From an uncultured Acidobacteriota bacterium (lineage in GTDB: Bacteria > Acidobacteriota > Polarisedimenticolia > J045): a stretch of 64,000 bases of DNA. Position numbers and translations under genes: made by a program. The stretch is from contig CAVPCQ010000012.1 of NCBI GenBank assembly GCA_963702425.1, positions 176,740 to 240,739 of the forward strand, in the 5' to 3' direction. Positions within the stretch are counted from its first letter, which is position 1, and every line of letters begins with the position of its first letter. Positions 48,318 through 57,647 of this stretch are shown piece by piece. Below the pieces are notes generated by a model. It did not search any database and was not told where the DNA came from. It saw only the letters and a program-made list of their open reading frames with translations.

Positions 48318-49346
48318 TCAGCAGATCCGCGGCAGGTCCATCCCCGAGAGCAGGTCGAGCACCCGCCGTCCGCCATAGGGGGTGCGCAGGGTGACCCGCG
48401 GACCGTCGCCGCCGGGCTCGACCAGTCCGATCAGCGCAGCCTCCCGCCCCAGCGGGTGCGCCCGCAGTGCGGCCAGCGCGCGCGGCGCGTCGGCGGGGTC
48501 GAGCCAGGCCAGCAGCCGGCCCTCGCAGGCCATGTAGAGCGGATCGAGGCCCAGCACCTCGCAGGCCGCGCGCGCGGCACCGCCGACCGGGATCGCCTCC
48601 TCCTCGAGATCGATCCGCAGGCCCGTGCGCGCCGCGACCTCGTGGCAGGTCGTCGCCACGCCGCCGCGGGTCGGGTCGTGCATCGCGCGCACCCGCGCGC
48701 CGGAGGCGAGCAGCGCCTCGACCAGGCCCCCCAGCGGCGCCACGTCCGAGCGCAGGGCGTCGCCGCCGAGGCCGTGCCGCTGCGCCATGATCGCGGCGCC
48801 GTGATCCCCCGCTGGACCGGAAAGCAGGACCGCGTCGCCGGCGCGGATCAGCTGGTCGCCCAGCTCGCGCCCGGGCGGGACCACGCCCAGCCCGGTCGTG
48901 ACCGCGAACGCCAGGTCCCCCTTGCCCCGCGGAACGACCTTCGTGTCGCCCGCGACGAGCGTCACGCCGGCCTCGCGGGCCGCGCGGGCCGCGCCGTCGA
49001 CGAAGACCGCCAGCATCGCGAGCGGCAGCCCTTCCTCGAGGATCAGGGCCCACGTCAGCCAGAGCGGCCGCGCACCGCTCACCGCCAGGTCGTTCACGGT
49101 CCCGGTCACCGCGAGGTAGCCGAGATCGCCGCCCGCGAAGATCGGCGGCGAGACGACGAATCCGTCGGTCGTCAGCGCGGGGCGGCCGGGGGGCAGCTCG
49201 GGCAGCACCGCCGCGTCGGTGAGCGTCCGCAGGATCGGATTGTCGAGCGCGGGGACGAAGCGGCTCGCGACCAGCTCGTGCGTCAGCCGACCGCCCGCGC
49301 CGTGGGCCAGCAGGATGCTCTCGTGATCGTCCGGCGGCCGGCTCAT
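48318..49346 (-). CDS. hypE: Hydrogenase maturation protein HypE
   Basis: LAHGAGG, TTDGF, GTVNDLA, GDTKVV, DPTRGG, C-terminal PRIC. Confidence 0.96.
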   Translation of the reverse strand: MSRPPDDHESILLAHGAGGRLTHELVASRFVPALDNPILRTLTDAAVLPELPPGRPALTTDGFVVSPPIFAGGDLGYLAVTGTVNDLAVSGARPLWLTWALILEEGLPLAMLAVFVDGAARAAREAGVTLVAGDTKVVPRGKGDLAFAVTTGLGVVPPGRELGDQLIRAGDAVLLSGPAGDHGAAIMAQRHGLGGDALRSDVAPLGGLVEALLASGARVRAMHDPTRGGVATTCHEVAARTGLRIDLEEEAIPVGGAARAACEVLGLDPLYMACEGRLLAWLDPADAPRALAALRAHPLGREAALIGLVEPGGDGPRVTLRTPYGGRRVLDLLSGMDLPRIC

Positions 49347-50449
49347 CGCGAGAGCAGACCCTCGTGGCGATACCAGGCGGCACAGGTCCCCTCCGACGAG
49401 ACCATGCACGCTCCGACCGCGTGATCGGGGGTGCAGCTGCGGCCGAAGAGCGGGCAGGCGGGCGGATCGATCGTTCCCTTGAGGATCTCCCCGCACCGGC
49501 AGCCGACCGGCTCGACCGGTTCCGGCAGCTCGACCGGGATCGTCTCGGCGTCGCGGTGGCGGAAGGCTTCCCGCAGCGCCAGCCCCGAGCCGGGAATCTC
49601 CCCCAGGCCGCGCCAGCCGACCGTCGCCGGCTCGAAGAAGCGGTCGAGCAGCGCGCGCGCCGCGGGGTTCCCTTCCGCGGTCACGGCGCGCGAGTAGAGG
49701 TTCGTCACCTCGGCGCGTCCTTCCACGTGCTGGCCGATCAGCTCGAGCACGCCGCGCAGCACGTCGGTCGGCGTGAAGCCGACGACGACCGACGGCAGGC
49801 CGTACTCCTCCGCCAGGAACGCGAACGACCGCCAGCCCGCCACGACCGAGACGTGCCCGGGGAGCAGAAAGCCGTCGAGCGCGATCTCGGGGTCGCCGGC
49901 GAGCGCCCGCATCGGCGGCGGCATGATCTTGTGGCCGGAGAGGACGAGGAAGTTCGGGATCCCGAGTGTCTCGGCTTCGGCCAGCGCGGCGGCGATCGTC
50001 GGCGCCGTGGTCTCGAAGCCGACGGCGAGGAAGACGACCGTCGAGGCCGGGTTGTCGCGCGCGATCGCCAGCGCGTCGCGCGCGGAGTAGACGATCCGGA
50101 TCACGGCGCCCGCCGCGCGTGCGCGCTCGAGCGAGCCGTGGGAGGAGGGGACGCGGACCAGGTCGCCGAAGGTGCAGACGATCACGCCGGGCGTGGCCGC
50201 CAGCGCCTCGGCGCGGTCGACGTATCCGACCGGCGTCACGCAGACCGGGCAGCCCGGTCCCGAGATCAGGCGGACCTGCGGCGGCAGCAGCCGGCGCAGG
50301 CCGGCCTCGGCGATCGCGTGGGTATGGGTCCCGCAGACCTCCATCAGCGTGATCGGCCGGGGGAGGCCGAGGGCGGCGGTGCGGACCTGCGCCGTCAGCC
50401 CGGCGACCGCTCCGGCGGCGAAGTAGGGGTCGTGCGCGTGGGCACTCAC
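49343..50449 (-). CDS. hypD: Hydrogenase maturation protein HypD
   Basis: MEVCGTHT, GPGCPVCVTP, GFETT, PGHVS, GACMVSSEGTCAA. Confidence 0.97.
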   Translation of the reverse strand: MSAHAHDPYFAAGAVAGLTAQVRTAALGLPRPITLMEVCGTHTHAIAEAGLRRLLPPQVRLISGPGCPVCVTPVGYVDRAEALAATPGVIVCTFGDLVRVPSSHGSLERARAAGAVIRIVYSARDALAIARDNPASTVVFLAVGFETTAPTIAAALAEAETLGIPNFLVLSGHKIMPPPMRALAGDPEIALDGFLLPGHVSVVAGWRSFAFLAEEYGLPSVVVGFTPTDVLRGVLELIGQHVEGRAEVTNLYSRAVTAEGNPAARALLDRFFEPATVGWRGLGEIPGSGLALREAFRHRDAETIPVELPEPVEPVGCRCGEILKGTIDPPACPLFGRSCTPDHAVGACMVSSEGTCAAWYRHEGLLSR

Positions 50450-50739
50450 GCGGACGGTCCTTCTGCGCCCGGGCCGGGCCCGTCGTACGGCGAGTCGCTC
50501 CAGCGTGCGGCGCCGGTCGACTCGTCGTGGGCCGTCACCTGGTCGAGCAGCTCGAGCGTCAGCCGGGCCTCTTCCTCGTCGATCCGGCCGATCGCGTAGC
50601 CGGCGTGAACCAGCAGGTGGTCGCCGAGATCGGCCTCGGGGAGGAGCATCAGGGACACGGTGCGCGTCACGCCCCGCAGCTCGACGGTGCCGTCGAGGTC
50701 GCGGCGCTCGATGAGTCGCATCGGGATCGCCAGGCACAT
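50446..50739 (-). CDS. hypC: Hydrogenase chaperone HypC
   Basis: MCLAIP, LLVHAGYAI, IDEEEA. Confidence 0.96.
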   Translation of the reverse strand: MCLAIPMRLIERRDLDGTVELRGVTRTVSLMLLPEADLGDHLLVHAGYAIGRIDEEEARLTLELLDQVTAHDESTGAARWSDSPYDGPGPGAEGPSA

Positions 50740-50766
50740 CGCGTCGTCCTCCGTCGGGGGTCCCGG

Positions 50767-51429
50767 TCAGGCCCGCTTGCGCACGGCCCGCGCCAGCAGG
50801 AGATCGCACCACAGGTCGATCCCTTCCCCCGTCGTGCTCGAGGTCCTGAGCAGCGTCGCGGCGGGGTTGAGCGCGAGAATCTGCGCCTCGACCGCGGGCA
50901 GGTCGAAGCGGACGTGGGGCAGCAGGTCGAGCTTCGTGACCACGGTGACCTCCGCGCGGGCGAAGATCGCCGGGTACTTGAACGGTTTGTCGCTCCCCTC
51001 CGTCACGGAGAGCAGCGCCACCTTGAAGTCCTCGCCCAGGTCGTACGTCGTCGGGCAGATCAGGTTCCCGACGTTCTCGATGAACAGCAGGTCCACCCGC
51101 GGGAAGGAGGCCAGGGTCAGCGCCTTGCCGATCTGCCGCGCGTCGAGGTGGCAGGCCCCTCCGGTCAGGATCTGGTAGGCGGGCAGGCCGGCCGCCCGCA
51201 GCCGCTCGGCGTCGAGTTCGGTCGCGACGTCGCCTTCGATGACCGCGGCGGTCGCGCGCCCGGCGAGGCCCCGCACGGTCGCCTCGAGCAGGGTCGTCTT
51301 GCCGCTGCCGGGCGACGAGATCAGGTTGGTCACGAGCGTGCGCTCGCCGGCGAAGCGCTGGCGCAGCAGCGCCGCCTCGGCGTCGTTGGCCGCCAGGGCG
51401 CGGCGGCGGACATCGACGGTGAAGCTCAT
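50767..51429 (-). CDS. hypB: Nickel-incorporation GTPase HypB
   Basis: SSPGSGKTT, EGD, TGGACHLDA, ENVGNLICP, DKPFKYP, TKLD. Confidence 0.96.
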   Translation of the reverse strand: MSFTVDVRRRALAANDAEAALLRQRFAGERTLVTNLISSPGSGKTTLLEATVRGLAGRATAAVIEGDVATELDAERLRAAGLPAYQILTGGACHLDARQIGKALTLASFPRVDLLFIENVGNLICPTTYDLGEDFKVALLSVTEGSDKPFKYPAIFARAEVTVVTKLDLLPHVRFDLPAVEAQILALNPAATLLRTSSTTGEGIDLWCDLLLARAVRKRA

Positions 51430-51794
51430 CGGGCCTTCTCCTCTGCGGCCGGCAGGAGCTCGATCTCGATCACGTCGAGCTCGGTGCCGCCTTCGATCAA
51501 GAGCGGCGCGCCGCAGTCCAGGCAGACCCGCAGCCAACTCCCCTCGCCCTGCCGCTTGTCGGCGCGGCAGGCGGGGCAGAACTGGCGGCCCGGCCGCCAG
51601 TCGATGTCCAGCACGGCGCCGGAGTCCGGCCCCTCGCCCACGATCGCCTCCCAGGCGAACGTGAGCAGGTCGGGCTCGACCGCCGCCAGTTCGCCGACCG
51701 CCACCCGCACGCGGACCAGTCGGGCGGGGGCGTGGGCCTGCATCGACTCCCGGCAGACGCGGTAGATCTCGTGCGCGACGCCGAACTCGTGCAG
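51426..51794 (-). CDS. hypA: Nickel metallochaperone HypA (CTG start)
   Basis: GGAGG RBS, then CTG-CAC-GAG = (M)HE; VGELAAVEP, CPAC, CLDC, GGTEL. Confidence 0.93.
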   Translation of the reverse strand: MHEFGVAHEIYRVCRESMQAHAPARLVRVRVAVGELAAVEPDLLTFAWEAIVGEGPDSGAVLDIDWRPGRQFCPACRADKRQGEGSWLRVCLDCGAPLLIEGGTELDVIEIELLPAAEEKAR

Positions 51795-51859
51795 GACCGC
51801 CTCCGACGGGATTCTCGCACGCTGCCGCGAGTGCCGTCCCGGCTAGCTGACCTATCGCG

Positions 51860-52090
51860 GCAAACCAGTTTGCTCTTACGGTCTATGCCTTAGGCCTTTG
51901 TATTCTGTGGTAGTCAGGCCGGCGGGGGAACGGCCGTGTGTTCTTCGGTCGTGGCGAACGCCGGACGGAGATTATTCATGGGGCGCAAGTTGCGTCCCTC
52001 TCGCACTTTAAACTGTCGACTCCGGTCGGTTTTTACTGGTTCTTGGTTCGTTGTTAAGCGGATAGTTTCTCCGTAATCCCGTGCTATAAG
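51860..52090. promoter_or_regulatory. AT-richer divergent control region between hyp and hyb operons
   Basis: Palindromes GCAAAC-CA-GTTTGC (51860-51873) and GGGGCGCAA-G-TTGCGTCCC (51980-51998); extended -10-like TGcTATAAG (52082-52090). Confidence 0.5.
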
Positions 52091-52161
52091 GCGCCTCACA
52101 GGGGTCGAACAACCCATTAGCCCGTCCGTCAAGGGCGGCTGGCTACCCGAGGAGGCAGCAC

Positions 52162-53295
52162 ATGGATTTCGAACCGTCGCTCCGTTATCACGCCACGCTG
52201 GAAGGCGGTGTGGACCGCCGGGACTTCATGAAAGTCTGCTCGGTGGCCGCGGCGGCAGTCGGACTCCCGGCCTCCGCCGCCATTCGCTTCGCGGATGCCG
52301 CAGCCGCCGGGCTGAAGCCTTCGGTCGTCTGGCTGCACTTCCAGGAGTGCACGGGCTGCACGGAGTCTCTGCTGCGCACCTCCGCGCCCGACGTCGCGAA
52401 GCTGATCCTCGACCTGATCTCACTCGACTACCACGAGACGCTGGCCGCCGCCGCGGGGCATCAGTTCGAGGCGGTGCTCGAGGACGTCCTGGCCAAACTG
52501 CCGGGCAAGTTCGTGCTGATCGTCGAGGGGGCGGTCCCGACCAAGGACGACGGCATCTACTGCAAGATCGCCGGCAAGACCGCGATCGAGACGCTCAACG
52601 CGGTGGCCTCGAAGGCGGGCGCCATCATCTCGATCGGCTCCTGCGCCTCGTGGGGTGGGGTCCCCTCCGCGGACCCGAACCCAACCGGCGCCACCGGCGT
52701 CCCGAAGGTGCTGGAGGGCAAGAACACCGTCGTCGCCCTGCCCGGCTGCCCGGCCAACCCCTACATCCTGCTGGGCACCGTCCTCCAGTACGCCGTGCTG
52801 GGCACGCTCCCCGCGCTCGACGACAAGAACCGGCCGGTGTTCGCCTACAAGCGGGTGATCCACGAGGACTGCCCGCGCCGCGCCCACTTCGATGCCGGCC
52901 GCTTCGTGCAGCAGTACGGCGACGAGGCGCACCGGAACGGCTTCTGCCTCTACAAGATGGGCTGTAAGGGGCCGGCCACCCACGCCAACTGCTCGCTGCT
53001 GCACTTCGGCGAGGTCCGCGGGGCGTGGCCGATCGGGATCGGGCACCCCTGCATCGGCTGCACCGAGAAGGGGATCGTCTTCAACATGCCGATCCACCAG
53101 ACGGTCGAGATCGTCCGCCCGACGCCGCCCGACACCTACCCGCCGATCGCCGCCGAGCAGGGCAAGGTCGGCGCGGTCGCCGCGGGGGTGGCCGGCATCG
53201 TGGGCGGCGCAGTCCTGGGAGCCGGCTGGATGGCGTCCCGGAAGGTCGGCGAAGTGGACGAGAGCAAGCCCTCATCGAGGAACAAGGAGGCCTGA
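52162..53295 (+). CDS. hybO: [NiFe]-hydrogenase small subunit (Tat substrate, C-terminal TM anchor)
   Basis: DRRDFMK, ECTGCTES, GSCASWGG, PGCP, HEDC.R, CLYKMGCKGP, HPCIGC. Confidence 0.93.
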   Translation: MDFEPSLRYHATLEGGVDRRDFMKVCSVAAAAVGLPASAAIRFADAAAAGLKPSVVWLHFQECTGCTESLLRTSAPDVAKLILDLISLDYHETLAAAAGHQFEAVLEDVLAKLPGKFVLIVEGAVPTKDDGIYCKIAGKTAIETLNAVASKAGAIISIGSCASWGGVPSADPNPTGATGVPKVLEGKNTVVALPGCPANPYILLGTVLQYAVLGTLPALDDKNRPVFAYKRVIHEDCPRRAHFDAGRFVQQYGDEAHRNGFCLYKMGCKGPATHANCSLLHFGEVRGAWPIGIGHPCIGCTEKGIVFNMPIHQTVEIVRPTPPDTYPPIAAEQGKVGAVAAGVAGIVGGAVLGAGWMASRKVGEVDESKPSSRNKEA

Positions 53296-53296
53296 C

Positions 53297-54247
53297 ATGT
53301 CGGTCGACCGTCGATCCGCGCTCAAGCTCATCGCGACCGGCGGGGCCGCCGCGGCCGCGACGGCGGCAATGCCCGCCGTCGCGAGCGCGAAGAAAGAGGC
53401 CCCCCCCGGTGCGATGGGGATGCTCTACGACACCACCCTCTGCATCGGATGCAAGACCTGCGTCGTCGCCTGCAAGGAGGCCAACCAGCTCCCGCAGTCG
53501 GTGGGGCACATTCCGGACTCGCAGCTGTACGACGCCCCCCTCGACCTGGACGCCGACACCAAGAACGTGATCAAGCTCTACAAGGACGGCCAGCGCGAGT
53601 CGTACATGAAGTCGCAGTGCATGCACTGCATCGACCCCGGCTGCGCCGCGGCCTGCATGCTGCACTCGCTGCACAAGAACGAGACGACCGGGATCGTCGA
53701 GTACGACCCGCAGTACTGCGTGGGCTGCCGCTACTGCCAGATGGCCTGCAACTTCGGCGTGCCGAAGTACGAGTTCAGCAAGCTCTCGGCCAAGATCGTC
53801 AAGTGCGAGTACTGCCGGCACCGGCAGAAGGACGCCGCGGCGCAGACGACGGCCGGGCTGACCCACTACCCCCTCGGCCAGGGACCGGCCTGCTGCGAGG
53901 TCTGCCCGCGCGGGGCGGTGATCTACGGGACGCGCAACGAGCTGATCGAGATCGCCCGGCAGCGCGTGGCCGACAACCCCGGGCGCTACGTCGAGGACCG
54001 CGTCTACGGGATCGAGGACGCCGGCGGGACCCAGGTCGTCTACCTCGCCCACGTTCCGTTCGCGAGCCTCGGGCTGCCGGAAGTCGGTCCGCAGAGCACA
54101 CCGCACCTCGCCAACACGGTCCAGCAGGGGCTCTACCGCGGCTTCATCGCGCCGGCCGTGCTCTACGGTGCGCTCGCGGTCGTGATGTTCCGCAACCGGA
54201 GCAGCCACGACACTGACGTCGACGGACGCGGGGAGACCCGGCGATGA
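53297..54247 (+). CDS. hybA: Hydrogenase-2 4x[4Fe-4S] ferredoxin-like subunit
   Basis: Tat DRRSALK; CIGCKTCVVAC, CMHCIDPGC, CVGCRYCQMAC, CEYC...CCEVCP; GGTQ; C-terminal TM. Confidence 0.93.
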   Translation: MSVDRRSALKLIATGGAAAAATAAMPAVASAKKEAPPGAMGMLYDTTLCIGCKTCVVACKEANQLPQSVGHIPDSQLYDAPLDLDADTKNVIKLYKDGQRESYMKSQCMHCIDPGCAAACMLHSLHKNETTGIVEYDPQYCVGCRYCQMACNFGVPKYEFSKLSAKIVKCEYCRHRQKDAAAQTTAGLTHYPLGQGPACCEVCPRGAVIYGTRNELIEIARQRVADNPGRYVEDRVYGIEDAGGTQVVYLAHVPFASLGLPEVGPQSTPHLANTVQQGLYRGFIAPAVLYGALAVVMFRNRSSHDTDVDGRGETRR

Positions 54248-55428
54248 GCAGCCACGCGGAAGTCCACTCACCCGTCGGCGGGAAGATCCTGACCCGCCCG
54301 ATGCTGATCCTGCTGGCGATCGCCGCCGTCGGCGGCCTGGTCGCCCTCTGGCGCTTCCTCAACGGAATCGGGTCCGTGAGCGCCCTCAACAACGGCTACC
54401 CCTGGGGCGTCTGGATCTCGATCGACGTCGTCGTCGGCACCGCGCTCGGCTGCGGCGGCTACGCGGTCGGACTCCTGGTCTACATCCTCAACAGGGGCCG
54501 CTACCACCCGCTGATCCGTGCCGCGGTGCTGACCAGCCTGCTGGGCTACGGCCTCGCGGTGATCGCGGTGACGATCGACCTCGGGCGGTTCTGGGAGCTG
54601 TGGAAGGTGCCGGTCTTCTTCTGGCGCTGGTCGCACTCCCCGCAGCTCGAGGTCGCGCTCTGCGTCGCGGCCTACAACCTGGTCCTGCTGATCGAGCTCT
54701 CGCCGGCCTTCTTCGAGAAGTGGCGCCACGGCAGCAACCCCTCGCTGCGGAGCCTCTCGGAATGGGGTCTGCGCTTCGTCGACAAGTGGTCGGTCTGGAT
54801 CTTCGCCCTCGGCCTGCTGCTCCCGACGATGCACCAGAGCTCGCTCGGCACGATGATGCTGCTCCCCGGGCCGCGGATGAACGCGCTGTGGTACACCCCG
54901 TGGCTCCCGTTCCTGTTCCTCGTCAACTGCATCATGATCGGCTACGCGGTCGTCACGCTCGAGGCGCAGTTCTCGTCGGCCGCCTTCCGGCGCCCGAGCG
55001 AAACGCCGATGCTCGCGTCCCTCTCCAAGGTCACGGCGTGGGTCGCGCTGTTCTGGGTGGCCTTCCGGCTGGTCGAGGTGCTGATCCGCGGGAGGATCGG
55101 CCTGCTCTTCACGGGCAAGGGGCTCTTCTTTCTGGCCGAGGTGCTGCTCACGCTCGCCGGGGCGCTGATCCTGTTCGTGCCCGAGCGGCGCAGCCGGGCG
55201 ACCTGGCAGGTGCGGGCCGCGATCCTGCTGCTGCTGGGCGGCGCGCTGTTCCGTGTCAACACCTACCTGGTCGCCTTCAATCCCGGCAATAACTGGTCCT
55301 ACTTTCCGTCGTTCACCGAGCTGTTGATCACCTTTGGCATCTTCGCGGCCGAGATCGCGGTCTATCTCGCGATCGTCAAGATGTTCCCGATCCTGAGCGG
55401 TGCCCGCCACGCGGCGTCGAGGAGCTAG
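54244..55428 (+). CDS. hybB: NrfD-family integral membrane subunit
   Basis: GYPWGVW..IDV..G.AL.CGGY, DLGR, EVALC, LPTMHQSSLG, YFPS. Confidence 0.93.
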   Translation: MSSHAEVHSPVGGKILTRPMLILLAIAAVGGLVALWRFLNGIGSVSALNNGYPWGVWISIDVVVGTALGCGGYAVGLLVYILNRGRYHPLIRAAVLTSLLGYGLAVIAVTIDLGRFWELWKVPVFFWRWSHSPQLEVALCVAAYNLVLLIELSPAFFEKWRHGSNPSLRSLSEWGLRFVDKWSVWIFALGLLLPTMHQSSLGTMMLLPGPRMNALWYTPWLPFLFLVNCIMIGYAVVTLEAQFSSAAFRRPSETPMLASLSKVTAWVALFWVAFRLVEVLIRGRIGLLFTGKGLFFLAEVLLTLAGALILFVPERRSRATWQVRAAILLLLGGALFRVNTYLVAFNPGNNWSYFPSFTELLITFGIFAAEIAVYLAIVKMFPILSGARHAASRS

Positions 55429-55431
55429 ACC

Positions 55432-57132
55432 ATGGGACAGAGGATCACCGTCGACCCAATCACCCGTATCGAGGGCCACCTGAGGATCGACGTCGAGGTG
55501 GATGGCGGGCGAATCACCAACGCCTGGTCCACCGGGACGATGTGGCGCGGCATCGAGGTCATCCTGAAGGGCCGCGACCCCCGCGACGCCTGGGTCTTCA
55601 CGCAGCGCTTCTGCGGGGTGTGCACCACCGTGCACGCCATCGCTTCGGTGCGCGCCGTCGAGCACGCGCTGAAGCTGGAGATTCCACTCAACGCCCAGTA
55701 CATCCGCAACCTGATCATCTCCGCCCACGCGGTGCACGATCACATCGTCCACTTCTACCAGCTCTCCGCGCTGGACTGGGTGGACGTCGTCTCGGCGCTC
55801 AAGGGCGATCCCGCGGGCGCCGCGAAGATCGGGCAGACACTCTCCGACTGGCCGGGCAACAGCGTGCAGGAGATGCAGGCGGTCAAGGACAAGCTGGCGA
55901 GCTTCGTCGCCGGCGGCCAGCTCGGGATCTTCACCAACGGCTACTGGGGCCACCCGGCAATGAAGCTGCCGCCGGACGTCAATCTGATGGCCGTCGCGCA
56001 CTACCTGCAGGCGCTCGAGATCCAGCGGAAGGTCAACCAGATCGTCACGCTGCTGGGCAGCAAGACGCCCAACATCCAGAACCTCGCGGTCGGCGGCGTG
56101 GCCAACGCGATCAACCTCGACAGCTCCTCCACGCTCAACATGGAGAAGCTCTACTTCATCAAGGACATCCTCGACGAGGTCGGAGCCTTCGTGAAGAAGG
56201 TCTACCTGACCGACGTCGCGGCGATCGGGGCGATGTACCCCGCCTGGCTCGGCTACGGCTCGGGCGTGACCAACTACCTCGCCGTCCCGGATCTGCCGCT
56301 GGACGGCAAGGGGACGCAGTTCGACCTGCCCGGCGGCACGATCATGGGCGGCGACCTGTCCACCTTCAAGCCGATCACCAGCTTCGACGACCAGTACTTC
56401 CAGGAGAACGTCACCGAGTCGATCGCACGGAGCTGGTACGACGGCGACTGGGACCGGCACCCCTGGGAAGAGGAGACGGTTCCGAAGTACACCGAGTGGA
56501 CGCCGGAGGCGAAGTACTCGTGGGTCAAGGCCCCGCGCTTCGCCGGCAAGCCGACGCAGGTCGGGCCGCTGGCCGCGGTCCTCGTCGGCGTCGCGGCCGG
56601 CCACGAGCCGACCAAGAAGTACCTCGGCGAAGCGGTCGGGCTGGCCTCCAAGCTGGCCGGAACGCAGCTCGGCGTGAACCACCTGCACTCGACGCTGGGC
56701 CGCCACGTCTCCCGCGTCGTCCGCTGCGCCGTGATGTTCGACGCCGCGGTCCACCAGTGGGAGCTGCTCGTCGGCAACATCGGCAAGGGCGACGTCGCGA
56801 TCTTCAACCCCCCGGTCTTCCCGGCGGGCGAGCAGCGCGGCTTCGGCTTCCACGAGGCGCCGCGCGGCACGCTCTCGCACTGGATCGTGATCGACAACGG
56901 CAAGATCAAGAACTACCAGGCCGTGGTCCCGTCGACCTGGAACGCCGGCCCGCGCGACGAGAAGGACCAGCGCGGCCCGTACGAGGCCTCGCTGATCGGC
57001 AATCCGATCGCCGAACCGGAGAAGCCGCTCGAGGTCCTGCGCACGATCCACTCGTTCGATCCCTGTCTCGCCTGCGCGGTCCACACGATCGACGTCGAGG
57101 GGAACGAGATCGGCCGGGTGAAGGTGCTGTGA
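55432..57132 (+). CDS. hybC: [NiFe]-hydrogenase large subunit (Hyb type, probably group 1c)
   Basis: DPITRIEGH, L1 QRFCGVCTTVH, EAPRG, L2 SFDPCLACAVH plus cleavable tail. Confidence 0.95.
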   Translation: MGQRITVDPITRIEGHLRIDVEVDGGRITNAWSTGTMWRGIEVILKGRDPRDAWVFTQRFCGVCTTVHAIASVRAVEHALKLEIPLNAQYIRNLIISAHAVHDHIVHFYQLSALDWVDVVSALKGDPAGAAKIGQTLSDWPGNSVQEMQAVKDKLASFVAGGQLGIFTNGYWGHPAMKLPPDVNLMAVAHYLQALEIQRKVNQIVTLLGSKTPNIQNLAVGGVANAINLDSSSTLNMEKLYFIKDILDEVGAFVKKVYLTDVAAIGAMYPAWLGYGSGVTNYLAVPDLPLDGKGTQFDLPGGTIMGGDLSTFKPITSFDDQYFQENVTESIARSWYDGDWDRHPWEEETVPKYTEWTPEAKYSWVKAPRFAGKPTQVGPLAAVLVGVAAGHEPTKKYLGEAVGLASKLAGTQLGVNHLHSTLGRHVSRVVRCAVMFDAAVHQWELLVGNIGKGDVAIFNPPVFPAGEQRGFGFHEAPRGTLSHWIVIDNGKIKNYQAVVPSTWNAGPRDEKDQRGPYEASLIGNPIAEPEKPLEVLRTIHSFDPCLACAVHTIDVEGNEIGRVKVL

Positions 57133-57647
57133 CGATTGCGGTCGTCGGGCTGGGGAACGTCCTGGAGGGCGACGACGCGTTCGGTCCCTGGGTCGTTCAG
57201 TGGCTCACGGCCCACTACGAGTTCGGGCAGGGGGTGTCGGTCGAGGATCTCGGCACCCCCGGCCTCGACCTCCACCCCTTCCTGGTCGGCCACGAGGTGA
57301 TCGTCGTCGTCGACACCGTACGGTCCGAGGGCGCACCGGGCGAGTTGCGCCTGTACCGTAAGGACCAGATCCTCAAGCACGCGCCGCAGCCCCGGCTCTC
57401 GCCGCACGATCCCGGGCTGAAGGAGTCCCTCATGGCGCTCGAGTTCCGCGGCGACCCGCCGCGCGAGGTGCTGCTCGTCGGCGCCATCCCGGGCACCGTG
57501 GACCACCTGATCGGCATGACGCCGCCCGTTCGGGCCGCGGTACCGCTGGCCGGCGCGGAGGTCGTGAAGGAGCTGGAACGGCTCGGGCATCCGCCGGTCC
57601 CACGCGTCCCGCCGGGTGAGCCCGACATCTGGTGGGAACGGCGGTGA
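57129..57647 (+). CDS. hybD: Hydrogenase maturation endopeptidase
   Basis: VVGLGNVLEGDDAFG, DLGTPG, VVDT, SPH; GTGA-coupled to the large subunit. Confidence 0.9.
   Translation: MTIAVVGLGNVLEGDDAFGPWVVQWLTAHYEFGQGVSVEDLGTPGLDLHPFLVGHEVIVVVDTVRSEGAPGELRLYRKDQILKHAPQPRLSPHDPGLKESLMALEFRGDPPREVLLVGAIPGTVDHLIGMTPPVRAAVPLAGAEVVKELERLGHPPVPRVPPGEPDIWWERR

Noticed and set aside
51914-52132. 72-aa ORF in the hyp/hyb gap
   Set aside because: No RBS, atypical composition, lies in the promoter region
57050-57085. [NiFeSe] hydrogenase
   Set aside because: L2 motif is DPCLAC with ordinary Cys codons
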